In this document: one piece after another, positions 13,901 through 25,703 of the stretch
Layout: each line of letters starts with the position of its first letter
How positions within the stretch are numbered: position 1 is the stretch's first letter
Origin: Psammoneis japonica
Lineage: Eukaryota
Direction of reading: 5' to 3'
Length of the DNA stretch: 53,625 nt
NCBI GenBank assembly: GCA_008632985.1
Contig: QPGO01000332.1
Span: forward strand, 1 to 53,625
The notes under the pieces: model-generated
What the model saw: the letters and a program-made list of their open reading frames with translations, nothing else
Told to the model about the DNA's origin: nothing
The model's database searches: none
Program-made: the position numbers and the translations under genes

Positions 13901-16080
13901 CTCCTGGCCAACAAGTTGCTGGGAAGAGGGCCAGCAACACGCGCCTCACTGTCAAATGAGCCCCAAAGCACAGAAGGGAGCATTCTCAACTCTGAATGCA
14001 CAAGGCAGTGGAGCAGACTTTCCAGCAGCAGCCAACATTGCTCTCCGCAAAATGTTGTTCTTGGCAGTCATTGTGCCTGCCACTTTGTGCTTCAATCTTG
14101 TCAACAAACTTCCACAGTTGTCAAGAGCAATGCAGCCTGGTGCATCAGTTCTGAACACACATTCAAAGGACAGAGCTTCTTTGTCCACTTTGGAAACATC
14201 AAGAAACACACAGTCACAAAGTCCAAAATAAAATCAGCAACACAAAACCCAAAAATGTTGCCAAGCTGATCAGTGTTCTCAAAGTTTCCATCAGGATTGA
14301 ATTTGAACTCATTGTTTGCACCAAAGCTGTTGCCCAAAATTTCCTCCAAATTTGTGTTGCCCTCATCTAACATGCTGGTGCCAGCTGCAGTTGATGCAAT
14401 TGATGTTGTTGAAGATTTGCCACTGAACAATCCAACATCCATCCAGTCATCATTGCTGCCTCTTAAAGCCTCATCTTGCCCTGTGCCATCATCCAACAAA
14501 CTGCTGCCACTCCACAAATCACCATTGTTTCTTTTGCTGTCATTTCAAGGTGCACCACCAGCAGTGCCAAAATGCCTTTCTCACCACTTGCTGAAATTTC
14601 CTTGCAATGGTGGGCACAAACTTGCATTTCACATTTGTCTGCAGGATGCTGCTCAATTGCTCAAAACTGGGCTTTTTAGCACAATCATTTTCACAGCAAT
14701 CAAGTCTTTTTTAAAATGGCAAAACCACCAATGAAACATCATCGCATTGACAGCACACCTTCATTTGTCTGTGGAGTGACACCAGACAGCATTTTTGCCA
14801 CAAAGGCACAAATTGACTGCCATCACTTGTTTTGCAGCTGTGGCAACTGCTGCCACACCGACCAAAACAACTGCTGCCATTTGAGAAACATCTTGCCTCT
14901 GCAATGGCTGGCACACACCAACCCCATCCATTGCTTGTTCACACTGTCCCACACTGACATGCTGGTGTGCCAAAGAAGCTCTCATTTGTGACCATCACTT
15001 TGGACTTGGTCCAGCAATGGCGGGGGCTTGAGCTCCAATGTTGGCATGATTTGCAGAAGATGTTGTTTCTGACTGTGGACTTTGAGCACAAATGCTGTGC
15101 CTGAGCTTGATGCAGTGTTCAAAGCCACTTCTGAACATTGAGTCCATCTGAAGTCCTTTGCTGCACAACACCAGCTTTCATCAAACTCTTCTCTCTTCTC
15201 ACACAGGACAAAATTTCTCACAAAAAAGTGATCTTTGCCAAACCTTTGGAAGGGGACTCTGGAAGACATGTCTTGTCCTCTGCAGCGCAAAGAAGCCAAC
15301 CTTGCCACGTGGCACTGGGCTGCACCCCACTGTCAGTCAACTCCCACAAACAAGGCATGCAAGCAACAAGCATGGCTGCTGATGAAAAAAAGAAGTGTGT
15401 TGTGCGCTTTTGACTCTTGCAATGCTGGCAATGCCAGAAGCTCCTTGCCACATTCTTTGCTGAAACAAGGATGAAGCTCACTCAACAGTCCAGGCCAATG
15501 GCTCTTGAAAAAGCTTGTGCAGCACAGTGCCGCTGGCACCAGCTGTGCGCACAAGAACAGCAGAGAGCCAGCTCTTTAGCTTCACAGGTTTGTGAAGTTT
15601 TGGCACACCATGCAAAGTCATGTGTGCAGTTCCAGCCTGAGCTTTGTTGACATGTGCTGGCAACTCAGGTTTGTCAGAGTCCTTCAGCACCTCCTTGTCA
15701 TCTTTCGAGATGACAACATCCTCTCCTGTGTCTTCTTTTCCCTCCATCTCTGCTGAGCACGCAGCAGTGAGTGCCGAGCTGACGACTCTCAAATGTCACA
15801 GCTTCCTGCTCTTGTCTTGACAAATGAGCTGTTCTCAAAGGTCCCAGTTGGCATTGCCAGGGCTTTGTCTGGGGGTGTCGCTGTTCAAAGTGTTGCCCTT
15901 TTTGACTGCAACAGGAAGTGACCTTCCGCCAGGCAGCAGCGGCAGCCTGCCAGAGCCACGCCATGTGCAGTCTACCGATGCGACAGACAAGCAGACAAAA
16001 CACAAAACAACACAACGAACCCAGAACTACTGTAGGTAGGGTGAAGTGATGGGTCACCCCTTCAGCCCTTCAGATTTAGA
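10980..16080 (-). mobile_element. Degenerate PIF1-helicase-encoding (Helitron-like) element, minus strand
   Basis: Walker A MTGGPGCGKSF (~11780-11810) and Walker-B-like DVLFLTDDVGQVLAELLVALDTLL (~11550-11610), then KLFLPGAICEVLHN. Possible 5' A|TC end at 16080 (weak). Confidence 0.6.
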
Positions 16081-16175
16081 TGGCGCTCATATAGGAAGAC
16101 GGAAGACCATCATCAGCACAAAGAAAACACAAGTTATTGGAACATATGGTCTAATAAACAGCTGAAAGCGGATAA

Positions 16176-17038
16176 ATGACTCCTCCCACTTATACATCAC
16201 GACGTGTCCAGACTGTCATGTTTGTCCGACATGGTGTGGCACAGCATAATGTTTGCGATGAAGTCACGGGACAGATGCCAAACTTGTGCGATCCGAGCTT
16301 ATTGGACCCGGCTCTGACACTTCATGGGAAACGACAAGCGCTTGATGCAGGTGACCGAATCAAAAAGTGGCGGAGAACAAGAAATGAACAAAACCCAATA
16401 AGTCTTGTTGTCACGTCGCCATTGACACGATGCATTCAAACGGCTACTCTCATGTTTCTTCCTGGTGAAATTTACGCTACGACAAGTTCCAAGCTTGATG
16501 CTGATGGCAATGCAGAACCAACAATTGTTTGCGTCGAGGCAGTTCGGGAAGCATATGGACAACATTACCCCGACAAGAGAAGAAATAAGTCGTTTCTAAT
16601 GGTGCGTGTGTTTTGCTACAGTGTCATGCTGTCAACAGAGCAATGGCCTTTTCCGGTAGTACTTGGAAATGATGATGTAAACAACTCAACTTTTGTCATT
16701 GCCCCTTATTTTTCGAATGCTAGTCACATTGGCGCAACGTACAATGGGATCCAAACATGCCAGAACAAGATGAAGACTGGAATGCCTATACACGGGAGAC
16801 CAAACAGGATGTTGTGGCACGAGTTCAACAAGTTTTACAGTGGTTGTCCACACGGCAGGAAGAATCTATCGTCGTAATATCACACGGAGTGTGGATTGAA
16901 TGTTGTTTGGAATCGTGTTACCCAGCTGCGTTGTCAAACGGGCAACGAGTCATGAATTGTGATGCGTTCATTGGGGACCTATGCTCCGAGAATGGTGTCT
17001 TTTTGTCTTTGCAAAACGTGAGGCGCCTCGGGGTCTAG
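16176..17038 (+). CDS. Histidine phosphatase / phosphoglycerate mutase-like protein (exons 16176-16601, 16724-17038)
   Basis: Catalytic RHG (FVRHGVAQHN), D..LT..G..QA, VVTSPLTRCIQTA, and IVVISHG in exon 2. Intron 16602-16723 (GT...TAG) joins in frame. Confidence 0.9.
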
Positions 17039-17344
17039 CGAAAATTTGTCTAGCATGTGTTGGAGCAGACGGATTGGAGGTGACAACGGTAACACACGGT
17101 TGCTTTATATAATAGAGATACCTACCTCATATGAGTCGAAGGGAAGGTTTAGTTGGAAGCATCGGTTTCATCCGCAGAAGAGCCCCTGCCATACTTTCAA
17201 ATGGATCTTGAAGAACTCCAGCTTGAAGCTGTTGCGATCCTCTTGTCTTACATTCTAGCCAAGCTACTGCTCAAACCTCAGAAGGCTTTTGTGTCCATAG
17301 TTCTTGCTTGCTGGTACGTGGAGCTTGTTAGTTCTGGGACCAGG

Positions 17345-17665
17345 TGTTGAATAAGTACTGCATCCCTTGACACGTTAACTGGACAGCTAAGCAGAGTATC
17401 CAATATGCTCCATCCGGCGACACTCGCAGCAGCATCAATGCGCATAATATGTAAAAGACCGGAAACAAGAGTATTAGCCAACCTATTCGTGGAATCGAGA
17501 CTGAAGATTGTCTCAAGCCAAAATATCCCCATTAATGTCATCATTGCTACCAAAGCCCATTATCCATATTGCCAGGGAGGCATCAAAAGCAGGAACGTGA
17601 GAATTTCTTGGTGCAGCCCATTGCTAACGGGCGGTTAAGCACGTGACGAGTAGGAGATTGGACAC
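17345..17665 (-). pseudogene. Partial, frameshifted duplicate of the ThrE-like gene at 18893-20784
   Basis: Aligns by eye to 19655-19955 (e.g. AATAAGTACTGCAT, GCAGAGTATCCAA, AAGCCAAAATATCCCCAT). Retains WILCLAVQ.T.QGMQYLF but carries several indels. Confidence 0.8.
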
Positions 17666-17872
17666 GGCTTACAGCAAAGACAATAGCTTAACGCACTCTC
17701 GGCCACCTTACAATCTTTCCCTGACTTCAATTGTCCTCAACGAATCGATCTCACATGCTGTGAGAGTGCGGTTTTGGTGTGAAGCGCGTGCTTGCCTTGA
17801 AACGCCGCCGAAGCAGCGCAAGCATTTATATATCCATCGCCCCTCTTGTTTAAAAGAAGAAGAGCATCAACA

Positions 17873-18654
17873 ATGGTCATTGACTACAGCCGATGGGATA
17901 ACATTACGACGTCGTCAGAGGAAGAGGAGGATGACGAGGAAGCAGTGCAGAGAGGTTCCACGGCAGCTGGAGAGACAGGACGACTCATCTCAGTAGGTGC
18001 ACCAGCGGCTTCCACAATGATCCGTCTTGATGACTTTACAGGTAGTAGGTCTACGTTGACTGATATCCAGCTGGCAGGTATCCCAAAGATTGTGCTGCTC
18101 GTTCGCAGCACGAACCGTGATCATATCTTGGGCAAAATGATCTCGAATGATCTGGAAGATGCCCGTCCCCTTGGACCCTATGGAATTTCTCTTCCCGTAC
18201 GCTTCATTAATGATTCGGTGTCCTTTGCAAGCTTCTTTCCTGGATTTGGAAACGTGGGAACTATACAGATAGCTGCATCGTTGCTGCTCTTGAGTACCGC
18301 GGAGTATCTTTCCACTTATGGAGCACGCGAAGACTTCAAGGATAGCATGTGTGGTGTTCCATATGACGCACAGTTTCGAGGGATTTTCTTTCCACCGACG
18401 AAAGCGCGCTGCATGTTCGTTATGGTCAGGAGAGACAGGCTCTTTACCAGCACGTGGCCGGGCCTGAGTTCAAGGAGTGCAAGATGGGTCCGATGTGTGG
18501 TGGGCCTGTTGTTCTCGTACAAGCCAGAATGAGGACATCAGCATGGGCGGATGTGGAAGAGTATAACATGGAGACCATCAATGTTGAGGTTGATGATATC
18601 CCGAGAATCGTGACAGAGCTTTTGAACGTTCCTGCTGATGAATTTGCTTACTAA
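17873..18654 (+). CDS. Hypothetical protein with a Cdc37-like N-terminal motif; probable frame switch near 18365-18400
   Basis: Starts MVIDYSRWDNITTSSEEEEDD. The first frame is open to 18532; an overlapping frame (...ALHVRYGQERQALYQHVAGPEF...DEFAY*) ends at 18654. Confidence 0.5.
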
Positions 18655-18892
18655 GACACCTGGGTGTAGAGCCAACTATGCAGGTAATATCATCAGTCAT
18701 TTACCGCTATTGTTGTTACCTGGTACTTGGTCCCAGCGCCCATGTATATCTCTTGACAACCGGAATCAGGCACCACAAATCTCTTACAACTAGAGTCGAT
18801 CGCACTATCTTATCTCTATGTCGACTGACTGCTTGGTACCGATATTCGCTGCGATAGCGTGACTTCGACAAGCTCTTGTCACCGCAGCGACT

Positions 18893-20784
18893 TCAAACTT
18901 GTTCTGGTGTTTCGCATCTCGTACTGCTAGCGCTCACGGGAGACGTCGTCGGCGCGTTACTATCTAGTTTGGAACCAAGAAACTCTGGTGGATGATCTTT
19001 CTTGTCGGGACAACATCGGTCACCCTTGTAATCTGGCAATTTCGAAAAAAGCCACAGCAAAACAAACGCAAGCTTGACTCCAAGAACCAGCCCAAGGCCC
19101 AGCACAATTATAGCCGTAAGATAAAATTCATCGATATCCTCGGAGGCATCAGCGTCCGCATTTGAACTCTGAACTGCATCAATAATGGCAACAAACGCCG
19201 AAAGAAAGACCCTGGATCCTGGAACCAACAAGTACAAGGCAGGTAGCAGGCAAAACCACAGATCCGAGCGCTGGTACTGGTATTGCTCTTCGTTTTCTCC
19301 ATCACTACGCACCGCAGTACTTGCAGCATCCGTCTCGGTGTTGTTGCTCTTTGTCATGTCTACCGCGGCGACGAATCGAGCTTCTGGAACAGTAAGAAAA
19401 CTCTCGTCGGCGTGCGGTGTCTGAGATCGTTCATGGTGACTTGCTGTAGGTTCAAATAGCATGTGTTCGCCGCAAACGCAGTAGTGATCAGAACATCGTC
19501 CATTTTCTTTTTTGTAAAGGTAGGACCCTAATGAATGACATCATTGATCCGCATTGGAATCGATTCGCTATTGCAATAGCATAATGCGCCACCATGGTGC
19601 ACGCAAAAGACGAAGCAAGACTTGTAATAAAGACAGGTTGATCAAGCGGGCCCTGAAATAAGTACTGCATTCCTTGACCGGTAAACTGAACAGCCAAGCA
19701 GAGTATCCAATGCTCCGGAGATACTCGCAGCTGCATCAATGCGCATACGCACAAGACCGGAAACAAGAATAGGAGCCACCCTTCGTGGAATCGTGATTGA
19801 AGATTATCACAAGCCAAAATATCCCCATCAATGCCATCATTGCTACCAAAACCCATGATCCAAATTCCCAACGAGGCACCAAACGCAAGAACATAAGAAT
19901 TTAGCACAGCCATTGCAAATCGCGTCAAGCCCGTGACGAGAAGGAGATTGGACATTTCATGCAAGCTCACAACAAAGGCAACTCCGTAGTAGAACCAAAT
20001 CATGGTTGCCATGACAACCGCTGGAGCACAAACATAGTCCGGCCATAACCGATATGCCGCCAATGCAATCATGGATGAAAACAGGGTAACCATTAGGTCC
20101 TGAATCGTGGCAAGCTGCGGATACAACTGGCAGAGGTAGTGAATCACACCAGCCGCCAAACCCGCGACAAAGGCTACGCCCATGTCTGCGGCAGTCCCAT
20201 CAAAAGGCATGCTGCTGCAGCACTCGACAATAACGGTATGACTAGAATTCTTCCAGGAAAAGTCCGGTAGGAGAATTCGAGTTTGATAAGTGCTCGAGAC
20301 ATTCTCGTCTGTTTCTTTTTTTTTTTCTTGTTTGCTCCAACATTAGTTGATTCCTACGAGTCGAACTTGTCATTTCCAAATGATTCAAACGTTGCAAACC
20401 CTGTTGAGTCGACAACGTTCCGTGCATGACACCCAGTGCTATGCGGCTTGTTTCGTGCATGGCTCGTCCATCAAAATCAACAGGAACTCGGTACGTTGCC
20501 GAGACGAGTCCGTGCTGATAGGTCCAATGCACCACATTGACCGATAGGTTCACATCCAATTCGGGTATCCCCAAAATATGACTCAGTTCCTCGACGAAAC
20601 TTATCGTTAAAAAGGTGGCATACGCCGACGCGTGCATGGCGTGAACCAGTCGCACAATAAAAAGAATGGAAATAATGTCATCCTGTGAGATGTTTTCATT
20701 ATTTGTTGTTGCGATCGACTGTAATCTAACAGCCAATCGCAATATTTCTTCAGGAAGTGGTATTTCCAAACAAGAGGCCTCCAT
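18893..20784 (-). pseudogene. ThrE/DUF1212-type threonine/serine exporter-like membrane protein split by three frameshifts
   Basis: N-domain FIVRLVHAMH...GLQRLNHLE, then a second frame LEFSYRTFPGRILVIPLLSS, then the multi-TM ORF 20210-19488, then ORF 19462-18893 with the C-terminal LPALYLLVPGS motif. Breaks near 20315 (T run), 20215 and 19505 (T run). Confidence 0.7.
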
Positions 20785-21135
20785 AATGGCATCGGATGAC
20801 TGTACTACTGTAGTTGCGAAGAATGGGGCGGCTGATTGCTGCCTGCCGCTCGCATCGCCATTGAGCAGGCAGAAGGCTTTTTTTGTTGGCGGGAGATAGC
20901 TTGTAGGTAGTACTGAGAATACGTAGAATTGTACAGGCGTTACTCCGACCCAATGGATATGATATCTTAAAGGACGAATAAATAAAACAAAGTTAAGACC
21001 TTCATATGCCATAGGCGAGTGTGCTTTATTTCCTCCGTGTACTGACGTCACCGGCGCGCGCCCTGCCTACCTCCAACATTTTCAGAGCGAGAACAAGAAG
21101 AGCTCAAAAAAAAAAAACATACGTGAGGAGCGACA

Positions 21136-22144
21136 ATGGGGGTGGAAGTGCCGTCGTCGACACCCTCCGGGTTCAAACGGCGTAGAGGAGAAATCCTTGG
21201 AGGAATGACTTTTCTCACAGTAGTGTACTTTGTTATTTATTACCTTTTTCAGGATTCGGTAAGAGAATGAATACCTCCTGTGGATGAATGATGCGAAAAA
21301 ATAATGAGTGAGACGAGAAAATTGCTCATACTTTTCCGTTTCGCTTTAATTTTTCTGTCACCGCTGTCTGATTTTAAAACGACGCTATCGCTGTATATGA
21401 CTGTGACAGGGCTCATTCCTTCGACCTGCGGACCACGTCTGTCAATCGCCTGATGAACCATGCTCTCGTCCGGACTTGCTTGGTTTTCAAGTTTGCTCGG
21501 GAATCATGCAAGTTTTCATGGGCATGACGGGGTTTTTGTCGTGGCACTATTCGAAACGAGCACATACAGCAGTCCCTGCAACACCAGAGGGACGTTTGTT
21601 TGGCTACCTACAAGACGCGGACAGACTCAACGCCGGAATTTTTGTCTATCAAATGTGGGATTTTCTGGCCTCACTGTTCATCCCCGAGCACGCTACGGCC
21701 ATTTTTCTGGGGCATCATCTTTTGGCAGCGCTTACAGCCTATTGGTCGTTGGAATACCAATATATGCATCATTATGCCATTTTCTTTGGAGGCTGTTCGG
21801 AAATCAGCAGCATCTTTTTGGTGTTTTGTGATTTCGATGTGTACTTTCCCGCCAGTCGGGGTTCTGTTTGGGGTGCTTTCATTACATTTTGCCAAGCAAC
21901 ATTTACGTTGACATTTCTCTACTATCGCGTGATTGGATGGTGGCAAGTGAGCTACAATCTATGGTCGGATGCGTTGCACGTGCTAAGAAAACAAGATACG
22001 GCGGAAAGCTACAGACCGGGAAGCACACGGTTCATTGTTGGATTCTTGGCCATGGATGTACTCCTTGGCCTTTTGCAAATCTATTGGTTTGGATTTGGCA
22101 TTCTACCAAAAATTGCAGAGATTATGGCTGATGAAGGCTCTTGA
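21136..22144 (+). CDS. TLC (TRAM/LAG1/CLN8) domain membrane protein (exons 21136-21258, 21410-22144)
   Basis: Motifs YQMWDF, FLGHHLLA, SEISSIFL, FLYYRV, LQIYWF. The GTAAGA...CAG intron 21259-21409 is phase 0. Confidence 0.85.
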
Positions 22145-22949
22145 GCTTCCTTCTTCGTTTCTAGACTGGAATTTAAGAATATTATCGGCGCTTCTGACAA
22201 CAAACTACCGGTACTATTTGTAGCATACTCTAGCTTCCTTCTTCTCGTTGATACTGTTTCGCATCATGATAAGTTTTGGGCTCCCTGTGCATTGATGCGA
22301 CAACGTTGTTTCCGAGGTAAAGGTAGTTGCATGAGATGCATTGCAATTGAAGGGGAAAGTGAGGTGTCCAAGTCTCTGAGCTGCCTTCTCTCCTCCCCAG
22401 GTTACCGTAACTTTCTTTCTCACCACGCACGGGGTGAGTTCTTCCCATGGTGGTGGGGGGCAAATTTATTTCCACTTCCCACCTTGGTTTTTTAGCCCTA
22501 CCGTATTTCAAATTACAAATCATTGCTACTCGTGACTCGGATTTTTCCCGACTCGGGATTCCATGAGAGAGTAACAATTGCCCCAAAATATATGGTAGGG
22601 CAATAGTTGGGCAATTGATCAAGTTTCGGGCGGACGGATGGTCATCAGGCCGGCAGCATGGTCGACTTCGCAGAAGCAATAAGATGATCATCATTCATCG
22701 CCCGCTGTATTCGTTCTTTGTTGCTCTCTAGCGGTTCGAGTTTAGGTGGGCAAAACACTTGACAGTTGCAGAAAAACGTCTTTTGTTGAGGAAGTGCTGT
22801 TGTCAGAAAAGAGAGTGGTCTGTGAAGGCAATATTTGTGTTTGTTTTCGCTATATACCGTACGAACAACAGGTATTTTTCGTAAGATTCACTACATTGTC
22901 TACGTGACTTGCGACTGCAGCACTTGTGTCGAGACTGCAATTCAATACT

Positions 22950-25645
22950 ATGGATATCCGCCTGGAATCCGTTGTCCAGCGGCTTCCGGCTCTTGTCTAT
23001 GTCTATTTCGTCAATCACACGACCGGGTAAGGGCCTCATCTGTATGGTCATCGAAATAAATTTCTCAGCTGTTCACTTTTGTTCTCACGTGCAATGTTCC
23101 ATTTTCCTACTACCCGGCGCTGCATACAACCGCAGAGAGTGCGGCTTTCATTTTGTGTCTGATTATTGTAAAACAATGTTTGGATACACACCGCAGCAAG
23201 TGTATGAAGATGGGAACCTGCTGGTGAATGCCATTGTCGAAGAAGAAGCCGAGGGGTATGCTGCTGCTGTGATTGAGAGCATGACAAACTTGACTCCCTT
23301 TGATCGAATGGGACATATGCGTCGGTCCGATGGACAAATCATGGATGTTCACTATCAGTCCATGCCACGTTTGATTGAAGAGAAAAATCCAAAGGACGGA
23401 TCGGTGACACAAATCACCGTGTGGGATGGAGTGGCATGCGATGTCACGGCCAAGAATGCAAACGACCTTCACAATCGCGTGACTGTGGAACAAACGGTCC
23501 GTGATTCGATGCAACCCATTTTTGAAATTGATACCCGTGGGAACATTAGCAAATGGAACAGTGCCATGTCCTCCGTCACGGGATATACTCGTGAGGAAGC
23601 TATCGGTCAACCCGTCGTGTCGTTCATGCCGGACGAAGAGCGAGGAAAGTTTTGTAGCTTTGTCTCCAAGGCGGTTAGTGAATTAGAGGATGAACAGCAG
23701 CTTCAGACATTTGACTGTGTGTTTGAATCGAAAAAGGAACGCAAACATGTGTTTCTGCATGCCAAGTGTACGTGCAGTAGAGATGCTAACCTGAGTCGGA
23801 TGGGACTTTTGTGCTGCTGCCAAGACATTACCAAAGTGAAAGAGGCTGAGAAGCAAAAGGATGATGCTCTCAAATTGGTGGATGCAGAGAGAGGTCTTAC
23901 AGAATGGCTTAGTCACGAGGTTCGGAATCCCCTCTCGGTGGCGATGGAGGCTGCTATCGCACTCCAAGACGGAGAAGACGACCAGGAAAACTACACGGAG
24001 CTTATCTGCGAATCGATTCGCTACATTGTTGATCTACTAACCAATATGCTGGATCTCAACAAGTGTATGGATGGAAAGATTGCCCTGTACCCTTCAAAAA
24101 GCCGAGTTCGCGAGGATGTATTGATTCCTACTTGCAAAATTATGTCGGTGCGAAACGACAAAGTGAAACTCCTCTTGGAAGATGGCGAGGAAGTGGAGGG
24201 CATGGTTGACAAGCTGAGATTGAGACAAGTGATTACGAACTTGGTTGCCAATGCCCTCAAATTTACCAAGGAGGGGTTTGTCAAAGTCAATCTTGAAAAG
24301 ATTGTTGGCGAGAAGCAATCTACAATGCGAATATCAGTGGCCGACTCCGGCTGCGGGATAGACCCCGCTGACTACAAGCTATTGTTCTCAAAGTGGGAGT
24401 CAATTGGATCGCAAATAAATGGTGCTGGCATTGGACTCTGTTTGAGCTTGTCCCTTGTGAGGGCCATGGGCGGTACCCTTTCCCTCGACAAAGACTACGC
24501 GTCGGGATTTAAAAGCAATAAAGGTGCACGATTCATAGTCGAGCTCCCTCTCTCGTCAATGCTTTCCGTGGATGGCTCCAATCTGAAACTTCCAGCTTCA
24601 GAAACGCTTTCAGCCGCAGTACTGGCTCGAAACCAATCCAAAAGGCCGCTGAGTGGCGACGACGTTGTCAACAAACAGGCAAAGAAGAACAAGACTTGCA
24701 ATTCGAAAGCAGAAACTACCCATCTGCGTGGAAAGTATCAATTGTTGATCGTGGACGATGACAAAATGGGCCGTAAGTTGCTCACCAGGCGCTTTCAGCG
24801 ACTTTTTCCGGATGCCACAGTTACGGAGGTTGCTAGTGGCGAGGAAGCTCTGAGAGAAGCCGAGAAAACAACGTTTGACATTATTACGGTCGATCATTTC
24901 ATGTCAGCCGACGGTATGAATGGCACAGAAACCATCAAGGCGCTTCGAAACCGTTTCAAAGATGCTTGTATTGTGGGTATCTCGGGCAACTCAAAGCGAG
25001 AGGAACACTTGGGGGCAGGTGCACAGGATTTCTTTCAAAAGCCAATTCCCAAAGACGACATCTTATTGGACCGGCTCATTACCAAGATCTCCCCACCCAG
25101 TGGATGGAAAGTGTTGTGTGTTGACGATGTTGCTGTTAATGTTCGAATGTTGTCCAGGAGACTTTGCAAAGTTGCATCTCCACACTTTACATCGCTGGAA
25201 GAAGCATCGAAGGTACGTTGTTGCTGTCTTTTTGACGTTAACATATATTCAGGCTTCTGCTGCTGACTCTACCTTTGTGTGACGCGAATAGCGATGGGAC
25301 GTAACGACGAGGTCAACAGGAGAGGAAGCCATAGAAGTATTAAAGAAACAATGGTTTGATCTGGTAATTGTCGATCAACATTTGGGAGAAGGTCCAAGTG
25401 GTGCGAATGTCGCAAATTTTGTTCGAGAACAAGCTGTAAACAGAGACGCTGTGATTGTGCTAAACAGTGGATCGGTTCTTCGAAACCAGTTTGTCGACAA
25501 GCCCTACAATGTGTTTTGGCCCAAACCTCTTCCAAGCACTGAGCAGATGCGTCTCGACTTGTGTCGCGAACTTGTGGCATCGACCAATCGGAACCATGCG
25601 GGTGAGTTAGACGGCAAGGACGACGAGAAGAAGTCATGTTTGTAG
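22950..25645 (+). CDS. Hybrid sensor histidine kinase PAS-PAS-HisKA-HATPase-REC-REC (exons 22950-23026, 23136-25212, 25292-25645)
   Basis: PAS motifs (FGYTPQQV; WNSAMSSVTGYTREEAIG), H-box WLSHEVRNPL, N-box RLRQVITNLVANALKFT, G1 VADSGCGI, G2 GAGIGL. Receivers: LIVDDD...DIITVDHFM...KP and LCVDD...DLVIVDQHL...KP. Both introns join in frame. Confidence 0.92.
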
Positions 25646-25703
25646 TTAAAATAGAATTCCAGTAAATAATTGAGGTTAGTTTTTGCGCTTGCTTTTCTAG
25701 ATT

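Noticed and set aside
7040..15960. Many overlapping Cys/His/Gln-rich ORFs on both strands (also 33900-53600) as novel small proteins
   Set aside because: They are a by-product of TpA loss, which removes TAA/TAG stops and inflates TGY/CAY codons.
22909..23135. ORF-track N-terminus of the 785-aa kinase
   Set aside because: It reads through an intron; a better exon 1 (22950-23026, MDIRLESVVQRLPALVY) with a canonical donor completes the PAS domain.
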